A DNA stretch of 64,000 bases from the human T2T-CHM13v2.0 reference genome, Homo sapiens: the NCBI RefSeq assembly GCF_009914755.1, contig NC_060933.1. One strand, 5' to 3'. The stretch's first letter is position 1. The number at the start of each line of letters is the position of its first letter. Shown one piece after another: positions 1-11,041 of this stretch. The position numbers were made by a program, and so were the translations under genes. The notes under the pieces were generated by a model. That model ran no database searches, was not told where the DNA came from, and worked only from the letters and a program-made list of their open reading frames with translations.

Positions 1-239
1 TGAAACAGTTTCTGACCACAGGTACAGAGGCATCAGCGCTACGTGCTTCGCCTTGTTCACCCTCTTCCCAGCCAAGTCGTTTATACAGGGTTCTTGGTTC
101 AGCCTGAGTCCTGGGAATCTTGTTCCAGCTCAGGGCGATCAACCCATTCAGCCCAGCCTAGCCTCATCCTTTTTTCAAGGAGCCTGCCCAACTTTCGTGC
201 TCCAGGTCTGGCCAAATCCCCGCCCCAGGGGTAGGAGAT

Positions 240-900
240 CCTGAATGCGCGCGTACTAGCCATTGGGGCAGGGGAGTCAACCAAGTTCGTGGTGGGGGTC
301 GGGGTGGGTGAATGACTGTAGGGAGAGGACCCGGACTAGATGGTTAGTGTATGTCGCATGCATGAATGTGCGTATCCCGAGCTGTGTCTGTGGGGCTCTG
401 GGCGACCGGGGCATGTGTGCGGATGTGTGTCCGCGCCCGTGAGCGTGCCCATGCATCTCCCTTCCTGGGCCTGCAGGGGGCGCCCCGAGCCTGGGAAGGG
501 AGGCTCTGGAGTGGGGCGCGGCTGCGGCAGAGGGGTGGGCGCATGCGGCTGTGACCCTGCGAGCTCCTCAGAGAGGCTGCGGTGAGCGGGCGTCCGAAGT
601 CCCTGGGCCTGGAACAGCCTCTGGCGCCCTCCCGGCTCCCTGGCCCCGCCGTCCCTGGGGTCCCCGCGCGCGGGCCGGGCGTATGGAGGGGAGGCTCGGG
701 CTGTGGGTGGTGCCCGCGCATCCGATGACCTGGGCCGACAGTTACCCCGGGCCAGGACACCGCCGTCCGGCCAAACCCCTGCCACCCAGGCCCCCGAGCC
801 TCGGGGGTCCTCTGCGGGGCCGGCCCAGCCCGGTGGCCGGGGGAAGGCCCGTGTTTGTCGGCGAATATGAAGCATTTATCTTTCCCTCCCACGCCCCAAA
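240..900. promoter_or_regulatory. CpG island, candidate promoter
   Basis: Very GC-rich with many retained CpGs (cccgcgcgcgggccgggcg etc.). GC boxes and a strong + strand donor GCG|GTGAGC at 581/582. Confidence 0.75.
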
Positions 901-1317
901 TAGTCCCGATTTACCCAGAGCCCAAGGTGCCCAATGTTGAAGTCTTGAAATAATTACTGTTTGGCTTAAAGGCTGAAGGAGGGTTCACATCACCTCTGGC
1001 ACTTCGCTCGCACCCGATAGATATCTTACACCACTCATTACGGGGCCAACGCTAAGAAAGGTTTCCTTATTCCAAGGAAATATATTAGGCGCGAGGCTGG
1101 GGCTGGAGGATGAAGGGCTATAGCCTGACATGGGCGGAAAAGGAACTTGTCTTGCCCATAAGTGGACACAGGGAAACGCGCAACCTTTGGCCTAGAATGA
1201 GACACATGTGAGAACAAATCGTGAAAATAATTGAAAACAAATTGGTCCTAGAAAGATGAAGGAAATGAGAATGGAAAATTCAACCCCCACTCCTGTTTTC
1301 CTGTAGCAGACAGAGGA

Positions 1318-1336
1318 CTGCTGCCTCCTGGTGGCC
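1318..1336 (-). promoter_or_regulatory. CTCF-like motif
   Basis: Minus strand reads GGCCACCAGGAGGCAGCAG, close to the CTCF core CCASYAGRKGGCRS. Confidence 0.55.
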
Positions 1337-1688
1337 GAGCGGGGCAGTGAGCGCCTCCCAGCAGGCGGAGGCTCACACAGCGCAGGGGATACTCCGAGCA
1401 GAAGCTGGCGCTGGCTGCTTAGGCCTTCACAAGTGGTGTTCAGTTATTCTCTTAATATTGGATTGAAATTTATTATTACCACAACCCATGATTCTAAAGC
1501 AAAAGTCTCAAAGAATATGGTAACAGACTTTCTCTGGGGTGTTTTAGTTTGCTGCCTACTGAGAAATGGTTGTCTTGAAGAAAACAGAGCTTTCAGCTTC
1601 TTGACATAGCAATAGACGTAGGTCACCAAGGTCACAAGGTCATACAATTCCCCTTAAAGTAGGCACTACTAGAAGAATTACAAATATA

Positions 1689-1842
1689 GGCCTGGCACAG
1701 TGGCTCTTGCCTGTAATCCCAGCACTTTGGGAGGATGAGGCTGGAGGACCCCTTGAGGCCAAGAGTTGGAGACTGCAGTGAGCTATTACTGCACCATTGC
1801 ACTCCAGCCTGGGCAACAGAGTAAGACCCTGTCTCAAAAAAA
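1689..1842 (+). mobile_element. Alu monomer (FRAM/FAM-like) with TSD
   Basis: Single ~150 bp Alu arm with A tail, flanked by aagaattacaaatata at 1673-1688 and 1841-1856. Confidence 0.85.
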
Positions 1843-2200
1843 GAATTACAAATATAGGCGTTAGAAAAAAAGAGAGTTGGCAATTTCAGCATCCATAAAA
1901 ATGGTAATCCAGCCCAAGACTGATGGCAAAGGATAGAAACGTTGATGACTTTAACAAAACAGCATTATTTTGTCCCCAGATACAAGGAGAAGTAATGCCT
2001 GGATGTGAGAAAGAAAAAGAACTTCACAAAGGATACCAGCTGAAGCTTAAGACATATTTCACAGGTAAGCGATTATAGCTGGGAAACAAATTAATGTCAC
2101 CTTTCATAGACAACAAGTGACAGACCCCACCCCTCTGACTCCCACTAGGTCATTTGGCATGGTAGAGGATACCTAGTGTGTCATTCTGGTAGCCCCATAA

Positions 2201-2493
<293 letters not shown>

Positions 2494-2680
2494 CCATTAT
2501 TTTTAATTTTTAAAAGAAAGGTATCAAAAGAAAGAACCCGACAGTTGTTGGTAATCACAGCCCTCTAAAAGGATATCATTAATAAGTAGGAATTGTGGCC
2601 AGCCAAAGTGTGGCCCAAGTATCCTGAAGGGAGGGGTTCTTAAGAAATCTGATTGCTTACTCTTTAAGAGTTTTTTTGTA

Positions 2681-2755
2681 GGCTACTTTGCCTATGGAGT
2701 AACCATTCTTTTATTCCTCTACTTTCTTAATAAACTTGCTTTCACTTAAAAAAAA
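2681..2755 (+). mobile_element. ERV1-type LTR R-region fragment ending in poly(A)
   Basis: ggagtaaccattcttttattcc...cttAATAAActtgctttcactt + A8, resembling the LTR poly(A) region of the LTR8/MER4 group. Confidence 0.55.
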
Positions 2756-2769
2756 GTTTCTTGTAATAA

Positions 2770-2891
2770 AATGTAGAGACAGGGCCTTGCCATGTTGTTC
2801 AGTCTGATCTCAAACTCTTGGGCTTAAGCCGTTCTCCTACCTCTGCCTCCCAAAGAGCTGAGATTACAGGTGTGTGCCACCGCACCTGGCC
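2770..2891 (-). mobile_element. FLAM / Alu left monomer
   Basis: Reverse Alu left-arm consensus. Confidence 0.8.
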
Positions 2892-2936
2892 GACTGCTTA
2901 CTTTGGAATTGGTTTCAGGTTTATAGGACTAACTGA

Positions 2937-3355
<419 letters not shown>

Positions 3356-3504
3356 TAGCTCTAATTCTTTACTAGTCCCACCTATCCTCTATATCTGTAT
3401 CAAAGAAGCCCTTAAAATATTGACAAGGAAGGAGTGAACCGGGAGAAGCAGGAGGAGATTCTGAGGCAACACTGACAAGTGGGAGTCAGCCCATGATTTC
3501 ATTA

Positions 3505-3524
3505 GTGTGTGTGTGTGTGTGTGT
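3505..3524. repeat. (TG)n microsatellite
   Basis: Direct reading. Confidence 0.9.
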
Positions 3525-3577
3525 ATGTTATCATTTTGTGGAAGAGATAGTGGTGAAATTATTTAAAAACATGGTAT

Positions 3578-3888
3578 GGCCAGGCACAGTGGCTCACACC
3601 TGTAATCCCAGCACTTTGGGAGGCCAAGGTGGGAGGATCCCTTGAGCTCAGGAGTTTTAAGACCAGCCTGGGCAACATAGTGAGACCTCGTCTCTACAAA
3701 AAATGAACAAAATTAGCTGGGCGTGGTGGTGTGTGCCTGTAGTCCTACCTACTCAGGAGGCTGAGGTGGGAGGATTGCTTGAGCCCAGGAGGTTGAGGTT
3801 GCAGTGAGCTGAGATTGCGCCACTCACTTCAGCCTGGGTGACAGAGCAAGACCCTATCTCAAAAAAGGAGCAAATAAAAACAACAAAA
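3578..3888 (+). mobile_element. AluJ-type
   Basis: Full dimer, TSD acatggtat. Confidence 0.9.
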
Positions 3889-4326
3889 ATACATGGTATT
3901 AGTAATTTTCTGGATGACACTGAGGAGGACTCATTGTTAGAACATAGTGATAACTCACTTTTAAAGCAATAAATTGCTTCTGTGGTTCTGTGATAAAGAA
4001 AAGTCAGGATTCCAGGGATTAAAATGAGTTTTCATGCTTAAGGAATGAAGATTTTGTAGATTTTAGAGATAATTCATCTTTAGGATTTTTTTTTTTTTAC
4101 ATCTCTAGTAGAAGTCATTGTTTCCCTGTTGGATACTGGCATATGAATATTCAGTAAATATGAATTTTTACTGTATTCACGAATAAGACATTAGAAATCC
4201 TTCATATTTATAATTTGATTTTATGCTTTGTATCTATTTTTATTGAAATATTTACGTGTCTCAGCAGTAGGCTTTTGGAAAGTTACCTTTATCTCCTCTC
4301 CCATTTGGGCTCTTGGGGGTTTATGC

Positions 4327-4606
4327 CTTTATTTTATTTTTAAAATTAATTTATTTACTTTGAGACAGGGTCTCTCACTTTTTAGCCCAGGCTATATGGC
4401 TCCCAGGCTCAAGTGATCCTCCCACCTCAGCCTCCTGAGTAGCTGGGACCATAGGCACATGCCACTACACCAGCTACTTTTTTTTATTTTTTGTACAGAC
4501 GAGGTCTCATTGTGTTGCCCAGGTTGGTCTCAAACTCCTGAGCTGAAGTGAGCGTCTTGGCCTCCCAAAGTGTTGGGATTACAGGCGTAAGCCACTGCGC
4601 CTGGCC
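4327..4606 (-). mobile_element. AluJ-type
   Basis: Reverse dimer with internal deletion. Confidence 0.85.
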
Positions 4607-4794
4607 TTGCTTTATGCCTTTACACGCATACATGCACCAAAAAAATTTACTGTAGTTTTAGTCGGGGCTCAGTGAGAAGTGAAAATAAAGGCATGTAATT
4701 AATTTTCCATCCCTACCCTGAACTCCGATTTGTTTTTAAATTTAATGGTGTTGATCTTTAATGATTTACGTTTTATGGTTTTATGACTTGTTTA

Positions 4795-4942
<148 letters not shown>

Positions 4943-5869
4943 GTTATTTTATACCTCGAAGTTATAACCACATTCACCTATATTTTCTTCTACGTATATC
5001 TTAAACATTATGTTTTGAATCCATCTCATATGATGAAGAATTTGAAAGGCAATGTCAAGATAGAGGTATTTTAAAAAGGGAAGGGCATTAGAACCTTTAA
5101 GAAAAACAAAAAGATGAGTGACGAAGGAAAAGTGCACTACTTTTGTCTGCAGAGAACATTTATATAGTCAAAATAATGTAATATGTGATAATACATATTA
5201 TGTAATAGTAATCCACAATAATATAAACTGTAATTATGATCTAAATATGGTAATATAATCATGATCTAAATATTATGGTATGACTATATTTAGAGGATGC
5301 AGTGACAGGAGAGGAGAGTTGGCAAGAGAGTTAGATCTTCACTTTTTATAGTAGGAAGTCATCTGGTAATGTTTAAAATAGGTAAATCAAGAAACAGAGG
5401 TATAGGCAAAGTACTTAGACATATGGCACTAAGAAATAGCATAGGAGTTAAAGTTGTAGGAAATTATGTTATTCAGAATAAACCTTTTGGTACTTTTGGA
5501 TATATTTTTTAACTGTGAGTGTGTATTATGTGATATTTTTTGAATTATGCATCAAGAGAATAAGAGAGAAAAGAGAAAGAACAGGACAATGTTGTCAAAG
5601 ATGAAGGCAGACAAGGAGAGTGGCCAGTCATGATCTGATGGAATAAATAATATATTGCATGCTTACTCAGAGCAGGGCTTGAGGCAAATACCAGGCATGC
5701 AGGTGTGGCAGGAGAATTTAGTGAAATAGAGAGTTTTGTTTTTTCTGCCTATGTTTTTCTTTTCACTATAGAGTAGGCAAGAGTTTTGGCAGGGCTGGGA
5801 GTGATGTCCTGATGTCAAAGGGAGCCTGACGTCAAAGGCCTTTTGTAAATGTCTTACACCAGGGGAAAA

Positions 5870-6023
5870 TGCCGGGCATAGAGGCTCACACCTGTAATCC
5901 CAGCAACTTGGAGCCTGAGGCAGGAGGATCCCTTGAGCCCAGGAGTTTGAGGTTACAGTGAGCTATGATCCTACCTTTGCACTCCAGCCTGGACTACAAA
6001 GCAAGCCTTAAAAAAAAAAAAAA
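5870..6023 (+). mobile_element. Alu monomer (FRAM-like)
   Basis: Single arm with poly-A. Confidence 0.8.
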
Positions 6024-6732
6024 GTAAACTTGTAAACTTGGGGAAGAGGTTATGCCCTGGAGGGGCTGAGGAGAGGGAGACAATTGTTTAGGACTGCGAA
6101 GGGATTAGTGTGTACATCCAGCCAGAGTGGGCACTGGGCTCTAATTTCTGTCTGTGATGGGGCAAGTGACAGGACTGTTGAGTAGATGGCTTCGGGGGTA
6201 TCTGGGGAGGTCAAGTCCAAGCCCAGAGGCTGTCATATCTGAATTCTTATGTCTCAAATGTGGAGTCTAGGACTTGAAGAGATATACCTGCTGGAACCAC
6301 AGGGGTCAGAACACTCACTGGCGAGACTGATGTCCAATGATAGGATGGTGTAGGAGGCAGGTAGGAGGCCTCCCTTGGGCCTTGAGGTTTCTGTGACCTT
6401 TGCATAACCCTTGGCAGGTGGGATCCCACAAGAGTGCCTGATGTTGAATTTCTCATCAGCACTCTAGTGCAGTAGCTTGGAGTAGGAATTAAGTTCATTT
6501 AAGGAACATTTCAAAAGTAGTATTTCTTGCATATCTGAGTTTATAGATTAATTTCACACCTGCTGCCCTAGGACAGGCAGGGGAGAGGCCCTGTCTTCAC
6601 CTGCTGCAAGAGGAGCAGACAAGCCAATACTTGAGGATGTTAGGATAGGTGGTAAGTGCTGTGGCATACTCAGGCTCCTACAGAAGGAAAAGTTGATGGA
6701 GCAGCCACTTCTAGCTTCTGAGGTTCCTACCT

Positions 6733-7055
6733 TTCTTCTTCTTCTTCTCCTCCTTTTTTTTTCTTTTCCTGAAATGGAGTCTTGCTCTTGTCGCCCAGAC
6801 TGGAGTGCAATGGCACAATCGATCTCACCTCACTGCAACCTCCGCCTCCTGGGTTCAAGTGATTCTCCTTCCTCAGCCTCCCGAGTAGCTGGGATTACAG
6901 GCGCCCGCCACAATGCCCGGCTAATTTTTGTATTTTTAGTAGAGACGGGGTTTCACCATGTTGGCCAGGCTGGTCAGGAACTCCTGACCTCATGATCCGC
7001 CTGCCTTGGCCTCCCAAAGTGCTGGGATTACAGGCCTGAGCCACCGCGCCCGGCC
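6733..7055 (-). mobile_element. AluS-type with TSD
   Basis: TSD tgaggttcctacctttctt at ~6719-6737 and 7057-7075. Confidence 0.9.
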
Positions 7056-8054
7056 TTGAGGTTCCTACCTTTCTTGCCCTTCCCCAGGATCTGTTCCCTT
7101 CTTTCTCACATTGTCTGGCCCAATCTGATGGCTTCTACTCTCCCCGCCTGGAGGTGATTTGGGGAATAGAAGGGTCTTCACTCTGGGGAGGAAGAGGTAG
7201 AGGAGAGCCATCTGAGGCCTTCCAGGAGAGGAGACTGATTCACACCTGAATCCTGGGGTTCTGAAAACCTGCCCCAGGAGACTTATTCCTTGACTTCAAA
7301 GGGTTAAATGGGCTAAAGTAGTCTGGATCCCAGCCAGGAAAGAAAGGAGGAAAAAAAAAGGGAGGAGGTTTTTCCATCTGGAAGGAGGCTGAGTGAGTCC
7401 AGGGGCCCAGATAGGAATAGAAGGAGAGCACAACAGCCCCATTAAACAAAGAGGAGAGGTCAAGGCCCGAGCTTCACTGAATAGGGCTGAAGCAAGTCCC
7501 CTCGGGTCTTTGCCTCCCAGGGGCTCTCTCAGGGCTGGAACTGTGCTAGGGCAGGTTTCAATATAACTTGTGTTTGTCTGTGTTATAGATGGGCCCAAGC
7601 CACAGCTTCCCTCCTAGGGACCCTTCCAAAGAACCACTTGGAGGGTCTCATTGAATAGTTCCCAGGGAAAAGAGAGGAAGCCTCTGGGATATCTGGGGAA
7701 AGGTCTGAAGGTCATGGAAAAGATCCGAAGGTCACCCCTGGAGTTAGTGCAGGACAGAATCAGGGTCTCAGAGGTCTGCAGAGCTGTTGGGGGTGTGTGC
7801 TCCATGTCCACCACCTCTCCATTGGCAGGATGCCTCAGAAGACTGGGTCCTACCCTGTCCTTCAGCCTCCCTTTAACTGCTCAGGGGTGCAGGCACCTGA
7901 GAGGCAAGGAAACTCTTGGGGTAGATGAGAACATAGCATTTTTCAGCCTGAGCTTTCGGCTCAGAGTGTGTGACCCCACCCTGTAGGAACCTTGGCATCT
8001 CGGTGGACATAAACACATGGGAACAGGTACTTGGGTGGGAAGACAGAACAGCTT

Positions 8055-8060
8055 TTTATT
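8055..8060 (-). terminator. CCL21: CCL21 poly(A) signal AATAAA
   Basis: tttatt on + strand, ~360 nt past the stop codon. Confidence 0.85.
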
Positions 8061-8419
8061 CAGTTAGGTATAAATCATATTTACAAGGAAGAGGTGGGGT
8101 GTACTGGGGAGCCGTATCAGGTCCAGGGTCCTGATGATTCTCCTTCAAGGGGACAGTCCTGCTGCCTCCTCTCATGCTCCCTGGGAGACTCTCCCTCCTC
8201 GGTCTCTCTGGACCTGGCCTGCTGTGGGCAGCTCAGCCATGCAGGGTAGAGCTGGGAATGCAGATGGGGTGGTTAAAGCAGGAGAAAGAGTGTGGCAAGG
8301 CCAGCATGGGGTGGCTGCTCCAGGGCCCCTGAGCATAGCCTCCTTCTTGCATCTTGGGTTCAGGCTTCAAGCGCTGGTGAGGCTGGTGGGGTCTCCAGGG
8401 CTCCAGGCTGCTCACTGGG

Positions 8420-8453
8420 CTATGGCCCTTTAGGGGTCTGTGACCGCTCAGTC
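8420..8453 (-). CDS. CCL21: CCL21 exon 4, coding part
   Basis: cacag|GACTGAGCGG ... CCA TAG. Confidence 0.97.
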
Positions 8454-9092
8454 CTGTGAGGGCAGAAGAGGGGTGTGAGGGGCTGACTGAGGCTCCCCTT
8501 TACCCACATCCCTCAGATTCCTCACCTCTTGCAGCCTTTGGAGCCCTTTCCTTTCTTGCCAGTCTTGGAGGCCCCCCTGTCCTTCCTGCAGCCCTGGGCT
8601 GGTTTCTGTGGGGATGGTGTCTTGTCCAGATGCTGCATCAGCTGCTGCACCCAGAGCTCCTTTGGGTCTGCACATAGCTCTGCCTGAGAGCGCTTGCGGG
8701 GCAAGAACCTGCGGGTGGGGGCTAGTAAGCCTTCTTAGTCTTGCCCACCATGCCCTCCCCACCCCGTCACCAGCCAGTACCCACCCCTTTGTGTCCACTC
8801 ACAGGATAGCTGGGATGGAGCAGCCTAAGCTTGGTTCCTGCTTCCGGTAGCTGCGGACAACCTTGGCGGGAATCTTCCTTTGGCTGTACTTGAGGCAACA
8901 GTCCTGAGCCCCTCCATCACTGCCTGCAGGGTGGGATTCACAGGGAGCCAGGGGCTGCTGGCAAGCTCCTATCCAGGCCTCTTGATCCCCTTAGCCCCAT
9001 GCAAGGCCCCTCCCTGCCTTGGTACCTTGGGTCCTGGGGATGCCAAAGGCCAGAACCAGGATAAGGAGGCTCAGAGCCAGTGACTGAGCCAT
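8420..9092 (-). CDS. CCL21: C-C motif chemokine 21 (6Ckine/SLC), CCR7 ligand, 134 aa
   Basis: join(9092-9026, 8923-8803, 8708-8526, 8453-8420) = 405 nt, all GT-AG. MAQSLALSLLILVLAFGIPRTQG-SDGGAQDCCLKYSQRKIPAKVVRSYRKQEPSLGCSIPAILFLPRKRSQAELCADPKELWVQQLMQHLDK...GCKRTERSQTPKGP*. Signal peptide, CC motif and a basic C-tail with two extra Cys. Confidence 0.99.
8526..8708 (-). CDS. CCL21: CCL21 exon 3
   Basis: cgcag|GTTCTTG ... AAGAG|gtgag, 183 nt. Confidence 0.97.
8803..8923 (-). CDS. CCL21: CCL21 exon 2
   Basis: cag|GCAGTGAT ... ATCCT|gtgagt, 121 nt. Confidence 0.97.
9026..9092 (-). CDS. CCL21: CCL21 coding exon 1 (signal peptide)
   Basis: ATG at 9092, donor CAAG|GTACC. Confidence 0.97.
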
Positions 9093-9184
9093 GTCTGTGG
9101 TAGAGGGTGAGTAAGAGGCCAGAGCTGAGGGTGAGGTGGGCAGCTGCAAGTTGGGGGTCTGTGCGTGGGCTGGGATTGGCCTGC

Positions 9185-9214
9185 TATTTATGTAGCTAGA
9201 CACTTTCACTTCCC
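9185..9214 (-). promoter_or_regulatory. CCL21: CCL21 core promoter: TATA-like CATAAATA plus GGAAGTGAAAGTG element
   Basis: TATA-like box ~95 nt upstream of the ATG, with an ETS/IRF/PRDM1-like motif at 9201-9213. Confidence 0.65.
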
Positions 9215-9492
9215 TTAACTTATCCCCACTCCTTTTCCTTCCTGAAAGCTGGATTTGCTGGCACCCAGCCCCACTTATCTCAAACTAAATGGACAGTCCT
9301 CAGCTGCCAAATTTTATGTCCTCATTAGTTGAATATGTCTGGGCCTGAGCCTTCCTTCTATTCCCAGCTACTGCTTTCATGCAGGCCTCACTGCCTCTCC
9401 CCTGGAACACCATGACTGTCTCCTCACTACGCTCCAGGATCCATACCCTTCCCCTCCTTCCAGCAAATCTGATTATTAAATTGTAAGAGTTC

Positions 9493-9952
9493 TTTTTTTT
9501 TTTTTTTTTTTTTTGAGACAGGGTCTAACTCTGTCACCCAGGCTGGAGTGCAGTGGTTGATCTTGGCTTACTGAAATCTCCGCCTCCTGGGCTCGAGTGA
9601 TCCTCCTACCTCAACCTCCCCAGGAGCTGGGACTACAGGCAAACACCACTGCGCCTGGCTGATTTTTCTATTTTTTTTTTTTGTAGAGACGAGGTTTCAC
9701 GATGTCTAGCCCAGGCTAGTCTTGAGCTCCTGGGCTCAAATGATCTGCCTGCCTCAGCCTCTTGAGGAGCTGGGACCACAGGCACATGCCACTACGTCCG
9801 GCTACTGTTTTCATTTTTCATTTTTATTTTTTCTAGAGATGAGGTCTTGCTATGTTGCCCAGTCTGGTCTTGAACTCCTGGGCTCAAGCGATCCTCCTGC
9901 CTTGGCCTCCCAAAGTGCTGGAATTATAGGTATGAGCGACTGCACCTGGTCT
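9493..9952 (-). mobile_element. AluJ-type composite (extra arm)
   Basis: Three consecutive reverse Alu arms. Confidence 0.8.
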
Positions 9953-10274
9953 GTAGCATAACCATTTTGATTCCCCTTTGCTTTCCTTTTCTATATATTT
10001 TGTAGTTATTTTCCTAATGGATACCTTGGTGATTATAATTAACATTCTAAACTGATAACAACCTAGTTTGAATAATACCAACTTAGTTTCAATAGTATAT
10101 AAACATTTTGCTCGTATACATTTTAGTCCCTTCTTTATATTGTTATTGTCACAGATTACATCTTTATACATTGTGTTCCCATTGACATAGATTTATAATT
10201 ATTGTTTAATGCATTTTCCTTTTAAATTATATAGAAAAAAGTGGGGCTACAAACTAAAAATACAATACTAGCTT

Positions 10275-11041
<767 letters not shown>

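Noticed and set aside
336-940. Overlapping 129-182 aa ORFs on both strands
   Set aside because: Pro/Gly/Arg-rich by-products of a stop-poor CpG island, with no recognisable domain.
8991-9209. N-terminally extended CCL21 ORF
   Set aside because: Starts at a non-ATG codon upstream of the TATA box and reads into intron 1. The true start is the ATG at 9092.
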